The notes under the pieces are model-generated. The model saw nothing but the letters and a program-made list of their open reading frames with translations. It was not told the origin of the DNA and searched no databases. The translations under genes and the position numbers were made by a program. A stretch of DNA of 64,000 nt from Eledone cirrhosa (Eukaryota): the NCBI GenBank assembly GCA_964016885.1, contig OZ024740.1, forward strand, positions 199,206,001-199,270,000, read 5' to 3'. Shown piece by piece: positions 1 through 10,261 of this stretch (positions within the stretch are counted from its first letter, which is position 1; every line of letters begins with the position of its first letter).

Positions 1-159
1 AAGTGTGAATTGAAAACTGACACGGAGTTTTCTTCCAGGAACATTGAAATATTCTTCTGAAAGTTCGAACAAAACGAACACCGAAGATAATACCCATAAT
101 ATTTCAAACACTGGAAGAAAATGATCTCGTTTCTACCTTCCCATTGAGCATAATATGTT

Positions 160-620
160 AGCCAAAACAATCTGGATTGCAATACGTAATATGAAAATGA
201 CTAGGAATAGATATAAATATGTTGCGACTGATAGCGAATGGGTAGAAATATGTTGCGAATGATAGCTCAAAGGGATATGGGTGGAAAGTAACAATGGAAT
301 TACAATAAAAGGTGCTCACGATAAAATACATCTGACCAAACCGATATAAATGTAGTAAGATAAATAAAAGAGAAGTGGGATATATACGGACCATTGGTGA
401 GGAGTTTGCCAATCCATTACTCAAGATACACTTACAGTTTTATATCTATCATTATTTGATCTGCTGGATATATACCAACTCAGCTGGATCAAAATGTGAC
501 TGAACGTCAATTTGGGAATAGGGGAACGAACACAGCTTCTTAATTTATACATTACGACATCTGGAACTATGAAATTCTGGAAAATATTCTTACGATTCAA
601 AAGATGCGTGTTTGCACAAG
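160..620 (+). pseudogene. Very decayed LINE (RTE-like) reverse transcriptase relic
   Basis: Manual translation across frames gives AIRNMK..GIDINML, WVES..I.IKG, ERQFGNRGTNTA and LIYTLRHL in the order expected for RT motifs 0-2; many stops and frameshifts. Confidence 0.35.
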
Positions 621-763
621 GGACGATGAAATATATTTTTTTTACAATTTTTCCATGGGGGAGGTGGAACGTCAAGAATAAACCCCAAATATAAAGAACT
701 TACACACAAACACACACACACACATACATACATACAATCATACAAATAAAGAAATATACACGC

Positions 764-793
<30 letters not shown>

Positions 794-801
<8 letters not shown>

Positions 802-912
802 AGTGTCTTCTACAGGACTAGAACTGTTTCATTCGGAAGAAATCATCAGGAAAACCCTGATGATTTCTTCCGTATGAAACAGTTCTAGTCCTGTAGAAGA
901 CACTTCTATATT
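794..912. repeat. Fold-back palindrome (57-bp arms, 5-nt loop) at the start of a PLE pLTR-like relic that extends to about 980
   Basis: 794-850 is the reverse complement of 856-912 with one mismatch; (TA)n on the left. Confidence 0.95.
857..893 (+). ncRNA. Hammerhead ribozyme-like motif (stem I not evident)
   Basis: CTGATGA-tttcttccgtat-GAAAC-agttcta-GTC; the mirror copy in the left arm gives stem II ttc/gaa. Confidence 0.5.
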
Positions 913-1374
913 AAACATTTAAACCTCTGCTATGTCTTGAGTACCTTACTTGAGTACCTTACGGTTATTTTCTTCTGCTAAGTCGAAATGACTGTATCGC
1001 GCTTGATGGAGGGAACCACGTTTTGGTGAATTACTGAGACAGTGGATATCGACGGCTGTCCACGTCAGCAGCGCTTTCCTTAATTTCTTATTGGGCTGCA
1101 GCTGTAAAACGCGATACGACCAAAGATTTAGACCCCAACTTCCATGTTTACTCGGTTTGTTTATTATGTTTCTTTAATTCTCTTTCGAGTTGTGTTGTGT
1201 TAATTAATTAAACATTGGTAAATTAAATCGTCACTGATTTACTTTCTTTTACGTTTTTTGTGCTGTCCGGGATTATCTTTTTCGGCCGTTTTTAACATTG
1301 CTTACCTCCCTTTAATACAGTTGCAGTTTTGATTGATTAAAATTATCATGCACACTATGAAAGAACGTGTCATT

Positions 1375-1460
1375 GTAATTATGGTGTTGAGCTCTCAATT
1401 ATAATATCTTGGGTTCGATTCTCAAAGAAGTTGATGCCATGTGTACTTCAGCAAGGCACG
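1375..1460 (+). mobile_element. Decayed tRNA-derived CORE-type SINE head
   Basis: B-box-like gggttcgattctc followed by tgtgtacttcagcaaggcac, resembling the CORE start TGTGTCCTTGAGCAAGACAC. Confidence 0.45.
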
Positions 1461-1724
1461 TCAGTTTGGCATATTCTTGAAAATGTTTTCCCCCTTACAT
1501 TAAACTTTTATTTTAAATATAGAAATAATAACAAAAAAAGGGGGGAACAAAAGGAAATAAAGGATAGGAAAATATAGAAAAAAAAAGAGAGGAAGAGAGA
1601 AGAAAAGGAACGGGAAGGAGAGGGGATGGCAAGAGCTCTGGTGTCGCAGAAGAGAGGAGAGGGGTTAAGAGGAGGGTGATTGGGCTTTGGGTGTAGAGTA
1701 AAAGGGCAGAAGTGCTACAGCACT

Positions 1725-1885
1725 CTCTTCTGCGAGGCGGCCTGCGATGCCAGGCGGAGAACGTGTCGCAGCAGGTGGTGTCCCAGATGAGGTATCTACC
1801 TCCTTCGAATGGAAAGAGGGTGGTTCTGTCGGGGCGCTTGCCATCTCCTTGCTCTAAGCCTGCTGGCCCCAGAAGGCGGATCGAC
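1725..1885 (-). pseudogene. Fragment of the restriction-like endonuclease of a CRE-type non-LTR retrotransposon
   Basis: Minus strand reads PAGLEQGDGKRPDRTTLFPFEGGRYLIWDTTCCDTFSA, matching EPxGLxRxDGKRPDGxTxxPWxxGxxLxWDxTxxDT; GC-rich island. Confidence 0.7.
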
Positions 1886-3092
1886 TACTTATTACTCCAT
1901 CTGATTCGAAAAGCATCAACTACGCAAATGTTATTTGTTTGTGTGAATAATGATTTATTGAGAAATAATTGATGTGTTAACTATAAGAAGTTATATAAGT
2001 TATTAAACACTACATGATTCTAGGAGATATTTGCCAAACAAATAGAATGATTCCAATTGAGAACCGAAAATAGATTACTGCCTACCTTTGTAAATTTATT
2101 ACCTTTGCAATGATACATTACTTTTTTTATTCCTGATGTGTGAAATGGATTTTCCATTCAGTAAGTTGTCTGTTTTGAAATGGCTTCTGTTGATTGTTTA
2201 GATCTAACGTAAGAATGGAGTGTAAATGTGGAGTGTATGACTTCCAAATTAATTTAGTAAACCTGGTAAGTGATCTCTATATCATTGTATTGTTGACAAA
2301 ATAAAACCCATAGAAATTATAACAGAATGTCTTCCTTCATATTTTCTGAAGTGTATTTCAACGTAACCTTTTAATTCAAAAGAAACTTCTACGAAGTTTA
2401 TTTGGAATACAACGTTTCAATACGCTTCCGTATCCTAATGTAATTTTTAGATTACGATTTATTCTATTAATAGAAACAATATTTATAAACACTAAAAGTT
2501 GTGCTTAAAAATAATAGTATACATTTTGTGTTTTTGTTGAGCTTAAGTCGCTTCATTTCCTTAATTAAAAAGAAATAATATTATATATGCCCATATAACA
2601 CTTTTCATATCTTCAATTAAATTTGATTCCATTTCAGAAATACATGCAAATCTTTTATTGGAATGTCGATTAATATAATAAATTTTGGGCTGTAAATGTT
2701 TTACGTTGTGTTATTTATCACATGTTAAACGGAATTCATTGTTTGTGTTCGATTGTTAATCTGTTAAACTAAAAGGCGCCAATGACATGAGTGCTTATAG
2801 CAGAGATAAATATAGAAACATCCAATGTGCAAAATTAATAAATATAGACACCCATTCTATTAAGGATTTAAACTAGAAAGCAATTAACTTTTAGATAAAG
2901 TATTTTGCCAGTTATGATGTTATAATTATATAGGGGAAGAAAGATAAAAGGCAATTAGAGATGTAAAACGCGAATCACCGTATTTTTAAGGCGCAATGTA
3001 AGAGATTACAGAACATTTTAAGTAAACAAGAAAGCTAAAGGATTATGCTGATATATACAATCCAATAAAACATTTTCAGGATGTTAAGGATA

Positions 3093-3203
<111 letters not shown>

Positions 3204-3220
3204 TTTTAATTTTAATTATA

Positions 3221-4154
3221 TCTCATTATATAAAACTGTGGTTGACTGCTGTCTATCGATTTTTGGCACACATCTCCTCTTAGAATCTTTCACGGAATTG
3301 CACCGAAATTGCTATACTTGTACATTGAGCCCTAGCGAAGACATCGGAAAAAAAAAATTTCAAATTGACCCACCCTATGTGACGAAATCGAATATAGTGT
3401 ATCGATTTTTGAGCGTAAGTTATCAGTTATTTCCCTTTGTTCTGTTTACATTGAGCGTCTTACGTAAAAAATTACGCTGGCTTTAACAGTTGTCGAGCCA
3501 GCAAAATATTGACCTGCAAAATTCATCAGTTCGAACACTAAGCTTCCGTTTTGCTTCATTTCCATTTAAAAGCATTTTAAAACAATATTTTTACTTGAAA
3601 ACAAGTCTATTTAAAGACTATGTAAAACAAGCAAATATTTCGTCGTTAGGCGTGCAGACAGACAGTCGTGCAGAGAGGTGATATAGGCGTGCAGACAGAC
3701 AGTCGTGCAGAGAGGTGATATAGGCGTGCAGACAGACAGTCGTGCAGAGAGGTGATATAGGCGTGCAGACAGACAGTCGTGCAGAGAGGTGATATAGGCG
3801 TGCAGACAGACAGTCGTGCAGAGAGGTGATATAGGCGTGCAGACAGACATAACTGATAATTTGGTTACGCTAATGTTTTTCTCTGCGTTGCAGTGTTTAC
3901 ATTTTCGATCTTTGTTAATAAATAACCAGTGCAGTTTCTATCCCCAGCATCCTCTTTTGTTATAACATTCGGGTTATCGTTATGTTTTCTTAACTTCATA
4001 AGACATATTGTTGGTTGAGGGAATATTAATCAAAAACACCACATGCAAGTCTGCACAGTAGACACTACAGTTTTTAAGCCAATAAAGAAACTTAACATTG
4101 TAACTTTAACACAGCTACTGAGCGACCCCGAGCAACGCCGGGCTTTACTGCTAG
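3221..4154 (+). mobile_element. Non-autonomous Helitron
   Basis: 5' TC (TCTCATTATATAAAACTG) preceded by A; 3' hairpin CCCGAGC-AAC-GCCGGG (4127-4142) then CTAG (4151-4154) followed by T; no TSD. Confidence 0.75.
3647..3848. repeat. 37-bp minisatellite, 5 identical copies plus a partial, inside the Helitron
   Basis: Unit TAGGCGTGCAGACAGACAGTCGTGCAGAGAGGTGATA starting at 3647, 3684, 3721, 3758, 3795 and 3832. Confidence 0.97.
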
Positions 4155-4169
4155 TATAAAATAATACAA

Positions 4170-4305
4170 CTGGCTTTCCACAAAATACATATAGTTGGCA
4201 CCCCAGACACTAAATTGGGTTTATACTAACGTATCACCTAATGTTTGTTGAGTGAGATGGTTACCAGTCGGAGTTTAGCGTAAAGCTTTCTCTGTTATTG
4301 TATTA

Positions 4306-4306
<1 letters not shown>
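4170..4306. repeat. Dispersed ~130-bp repeat abutting (TA)n; second copy at about 35560-35695
   Basis: Shared blocks aatacat.tagtt.gcacccc, cctaatg.ttgttgagtgag.tgg and aaagctttctc. Confidence 0.7.
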
Positions 4307-4341
<35 letters not shown>

Positions 4342-4344
<3 letters not shown>

Positions 4345-4527
4345 CAAAAGGGATATTCAATTTTTGGTAATTCAACAAATATAAATGTTTATAATTGATT
4401 CAGAGCACTCGACAGATTTTCTGGAGTGTAATATTCAATGATATTAAATAAATGTAAACTATATTTATATGATAATAGAATAAATATGGTTTTATAAATA
4501 TAGTTTCCATTTATTTAATATCATTGT
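4342..4527 (-). mobile_element. pLTR-like relic with short inverted end; same family as 37643-38120 and 61214-61520
   Basis: 4436-4468 inverted against 4492-4526; body is the reverse complement of 61395-61520; flanked by (TA)n. Confidence 0.8.
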
Positions 4528-4539
4528 ATATATATATAA

Positions 4540-5180
4540 GCTCATGAGAATGGCCAGCAACACATGTCCAGTGATCAGAGTCAACCAACAGGACATCGAG
4601 GAAGTCGATCACTTTACCTATCTGGGCAGCATCCTGTGAAGCAGCGGAGACGCGGAGCTCGACATTAACTGTCGGATCCGCAACGGAGCCGCAGTTTTCC
4701 AGCGGCTGTGCTCAGTCTGGTCGTCTTCATGCATTAGCTCCAAGACTAAGCTCCGCCTGTACAAGATCATCGTGCTCGAGACCTGGAAGAGTACGGCAAA
4801 AATAGAGAGACAGCTGAATTATTTCCACCAGCGGTACCTACGAAAGATCCTTTGTGTGTCCTGGAGCGACCGAGTACGAAACGAGGAGATCCTGGCGAGA
4901 ACCGAGTCGTGTACGCTACAGAGAGTGGTCACGGAGCGTTGGTGCCGTCTGTCTGCCAAATGAACGGCATTCGAAAACAGCAATGAACTGGACTCAGCCT
5001 GGCGGTAAACGGAGGCAGGGCTGCCCAAGGATCACCTGGTGACGAACGTTCCGGAAGGAGTTGATGGCAGCCAACATCACCTGGCACAGTCTCGAAAAAG
5101 TTGCCGCTGATAGTGACCGTTGGCGAGTATTTACTGTTCGATGCACCGAACGGCGCGCAAGAATCCAAGACAAAGACTAA
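4540..5180 (+). mobile_element. 5'-truncated RTE-clade LINE 3' end (decayed)
   Basis: IEEVDHFTYLGS, INCRI, KTKLRLY, ETW, FHQRYLRKIL.VSW.DRVRNEEIL, GKRRQGCPRITW, DRWR. Confidence 0.85.
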
Positions 5181-5315
5181 TATATATATATAGAGAGAGA
5201 GAGTGAGAATTAGTATATCTACCAACATATGTATACAGATGTATACCCATGCTAGCAAATATATATGCTATGTCTTAGTACCTTTGTGGTTCTATGCAGG
5301 GGGATGCAGAACAAT

Positions 5316-5885
5316 TATATGAAAGACGTAAAATAAGAATATTTTAAAAATTAACTTACTAAATTTTCACTCCAACTAATTAGTTTCTGTAAGGGAATAA
5401 ATATAGTTACGTAACGCAAATATAGAGAAGTCCTTACGTCATCAGGGAGTCTATTCTCAGCTAGGTTCCCAGGCAATGCGCGGACACTAGGAACCCATAT
5501 ACAAATAATAATAATTCAGTGGATAGAACAAAGCTAGCGGGGACTAAATTCCAGGGCACTGAACAAATTCACTGCCTACTTGGTCAATGGCAAATTCTAA
5601 AGAATCAATCACGTGACGCTGAATGTTTTCAGTGCCCTGGAATTTAGTCCCCGTTAGCTTTGTTCCATCCACTGAATTGTTATTATTTTTATATGTGTTC
5701 CTAGTGTCCGCGCATTGCCTGGGAACCTAGCTGAGAATAGACTCCCTGAAGACGTAAGGACTTCTCTATAGTTGCGTTACGTAACTATATTTATTCCCTT
5801 ACAGAAACTAATTAGTTGGAGTGAACATTTTAGTAAGTTAATTTTTAATTTTTAAAATGTTCTTATTTTACGTCTGTCATATATA
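5316..5885. repeat. Long fold-back inverted repeat (~255-bp arms, ~48-bp spacer)
   Basis: 5316-5571 is the reverse complement of 5620-5885 at high identity; contains CTGA(T/A)GA-cgtaa...ttac-GTAAC, possibly a decayed HHR. Confidence 0.95.
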
Positions 5886-6032
5886 TTTATTTATATATAT
5901 ATATATATTGTGCCTGCAGTGTTAAATATTGGAAGTGTTAATATGTAGCGTGCCAGAATAGAAACTGACCGGATACACGTGAAAAAATATACAAAGGAGA
6001 ACAAACCGTTAAAATATGTTTATTTAAAACAC

Positions 6033-6072
6033 GACCTACGTACGTTTCGCCCGAAAAGGGCTTCTCAAGGGC
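6033..6072 (-). ncRNA. Minimal type I hammerhead ribozyme, U3-A8 core variant
   Basis: gccc-TTGAGAA-gccc ttttc gggc-GAAAC-gtac-GTA-ggtc; palindromic stem III ACGTACGT. Confidence 0.8.
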
Positions 6073-6737
6073 ATAACAAACTAAAGAGTGTTCCTTACGC
6101 GATCCAGGAGGGGTTTTAAAGGTAAATTTTCATCACAGTTCATTCTTCGTAAATCACATGTATTGTTTTTGCAGTAGATCAGAGGAGATAACTAAAGCCG
6201 GTATTAGAGCAGTGTTCCCCAAGCTATTTGTTACCGGTTACTACTTTGTGGGTAATGCTTAACCATTGTCGATTCACGCCGGGTCTGGGATGTATGGTTG
6301 GTTTCCAGATGTTTATTTTCAGCGCCTGCCCACCAGGGTGTTAAGGTTTGGTGCAGGGGGACCCGGTTTATGGTTTTCATGTCTCATTCTTATTCAATCC
6401 GGAGTAAGACATCTTTCTACGGTGCCTGCGGTTTATCGCCGATTCTGCTCTGCTGTTGCTGAGCTCAGGAGGTGCCGTTATGATATGGTAAAGCTCCATG
6501 AGGCAAAGCTCGAACTTCCTCTTGAAATTGTACTGTGCTGCTCTGCCGACAAATTCCCAGTGTGTGGAGAAGCTGATGTTTGAGTCTTTTAATGCTGTGA
6601 TGTAATTGGCGAGCGAAGTGGAGTGTCTTAATTTTGTATTTGCAAAAGAGTGGAGATGTGTTCGAAATCTATATTTAACGAGCCAGAGGTGGCCTCTATA
6701 TAATGCTTAACGTAAGGAAAAATCTTTAGTTGTTTAT

Positions 6738-6778
6738 GCCCTTGAGAAGCCCTTTTCGGGCGAAACGTATGTAGGTGC
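6738..6778 (+). ncRNA. Minimal type I hammerhead ribozyme, U3-A8 variant (inverted copy)
   Basis: gccc-TTGAGAA-gccc ttttc gggc-GAAAC-gtat-GTA-ggtgc. Confidence 0.75.
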
Positions 6779-6831
6779 TGTTTTAAATAAACATGTTTTA
6801 ACGGTTTGTTCTCCTTTATATATTTTTTCAC

Positions 6832-6887
<56 letters not shown>

Positions 6888-6965
6888 ATGTAATTATTTA
6901 TAAATATATACAGTTAGTTAGTTGCACTCCAGTTAGTAAACCATTTTGAGGTCGCGCGTTTCACC

Positions 6966-8830
<1,865 letters not shown>

Positions 8831-8864
8831 ACATATATACACAAACACAGACACACACACACAT

Positions 8865-8898
<34 letters not shown>

Positions 8899-9046
8899 TA
8901 AGACTGGTGCTCTGAAATAGCGATGTATACGAGAATGTATGTATAGTATATTTGGCAATATACCGTATGTTTAATTAAAAACATTTAGAAGACCATACGC
9001 TATCAGTTTTAAAGTTTGTGACTATTTTCGGCAAAAGAAGGGAGAG

Positions 9047-9089
9047 AAGCTGACAGTGTGTTTCACGCTGGTTGGCGTTCATTAGAACC
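9047..9089 (-). ncRNA. Hammerhead ribozyme, inverted copy with mutated core (CTAATGA)
   Basis: ggtt-CTAATGA-acgc caacca gcgt-GAAAC-acact-GTC-agct. Confidence 0.6.
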
Positions 9090-9132
9090 GAAAATCGCAG
9101 AAGCTGGATTCGGCGAAAATAGGGGTGTGCCT

Positions 9133-9174
9133 GGCCCTGATGAACGCCAACCAGCGTGAAACACAGTGTCAGCT
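9133..9174 (+). ncRNA. Minimal type I hammerhead ribozyme
   Basis: ggcc-CTGATGA-acgc caacca gcgt-GAAAC-acagt-GTC-agct. Confidence 0.82.
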
Positions 9175-9412
9175 TCTCTCCCTTCTTTCGCGGAAAAAAA
9201 GTAAGTGACATAGTCACTATTTTAGAACTGATAGCGTATGGTCTTCTAAATGTTTTTAATTAAACATACGGTATGTTGCCAAATATACTATACATACATT
9301 CTTGTATACATCGCTATTTCAGAGCACCAATCTTAATACCTAATTTTTGCTGGACCAGCAATCGGTATGTATAATCAGCCCCTGACTATTCGGCGAAAAT
9401 GGGGGAGTACGT

Positions 9413-9454
9413 GGCTCTGATGAACGCTAACCAGCGTGAAACAGACTGTCAGCT
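9413..9454 (+). ncRNA. Minimal type I hammerhead ribozyme with canonical core and all three stems
   Basis: ggct-CTGATGA-acgct aacc agcgt-GAAAC-agact-GTC-agct; stem I ggct/agct. Confidence 0.9.
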
Positions 9455-9578
9455 TCTCTCCCTTCTTTCACAGAAAAGAAGTGACATAGTCACTACTTTA
9501 AACCAGATAGCATACGGTCTTCTAAATGTTTTTAATTAAACATACAGTATATTGCCAAATATGCTATACATATATACA

Positions 9579-9640
<62 letters not shown>

Positions 9641-9644
<4 letters not shown>

Positions 9645-9722
9645 CGATAGAAATGTGGTAAGGAACCAGGTGGATCATAACGCACCAAAGTACTCAATAC
9701 TTAGGGTAGTAGCGTGGGTAAT
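9641..9722 (-). mobile_element. Isolated pLTR tail between (TA)n tracts; same family as 38503-38584
   Basis: Near-identical reverse complement of 38503-38584. Confidence 0.85.
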
Positions 9723-9784
9723 ATATATATATATAAATGATGATATAACGAATTTTCACTTGAAATAATTTTTATTGTATATCA

Positions 9785-9906
9785 ACCCTTACATATGTTT
9801 CCCATATGATTGACTCAAGAAGTTTAAAGATGTGTTAGACCTGATCCCATCACCGCTCCGATCCTCAGATGTTATGAGTCAATCAAATTAGTTACATCTC
9901 AAGGGC
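9785..9906 (-). ncRNA. Candidate hammerhead with very long stem II
   Basis: gccct-TGAGATG...tgattgactca...tgagtcaatca...GAAAC-atat-GTA-agggt; palindromic ACATATGT; core irregular. Confidence 0.4.
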
Positions 9907-10261
9907 ACCTAACTATGTACCAATATGCGCACATGCATAGCTTATTCTTTGGCCAATACATAGGAAATGCGTGCACCTTTACTGTAAAGTATCTAGAAAA
10001 TGTATGGATTGGCTAACACAAGACACAACCTATGTGTATTATTTAAAACAGAGGTCACGGTAATCCCCCAAACCACAATCTCAGCAGCGGCCTAGCAACG
10101 ATGTAAAATATCCTTCCCTCTATCGTTAACGTGAGAACGTACGTCTTTATGAATAGCAAATTGCTGCCAACACATTTTGAAGTGCAAACCGTGACTTCAA
10201 ACATCAGCTGCTCATAAATGAATGTACGTAAGTATGTTATCTCTTTCTCTTAATTTCGAGT

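Larger units (their letters stand above)
5909..6835 (-). mobile_element. 5'-truncated Naiad-like Penelope element: GIY-YIG C-terminus, 3' pLTR and inverted 5' pLTR copy
   Basis: Minus strand LKDSNISFSTHWEFV.RAAQYNFKRKFELCLMELYHII...NSRAE; 5980-6100 inverted at 6710-6835; homologous to 47100-47895. Confidence 0.85.
8896..9575 (+). mobile_element. Non-coding HHR repeat: 280-bp direct tandem plus inverted 5' copy (pLTR array or retrozyme-like)
   Basis: 8896-9089 inverted against 9133-9338; 9108 and 9388 start direct repeats; flanked by (CA)n/(TA)n. Confidence 0.88.

Noticed and set aside
2161-2271. Possible small plus-strand exon (ttgtttag...CTG|gtaagt) reading SNVRMECKCGVYDFQINLVNL
   Set aside because: It has no recognisable homology or partner exons, and such splice-like signals arise by chance in AT-rich DNA.
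3647-3848. 37-bp repeats resembling a CRISPR array in unit length
   Set aside because: The units are contiguous with no unique spacers, there are no cas genes, and the context is a eukaryotic Helitron.
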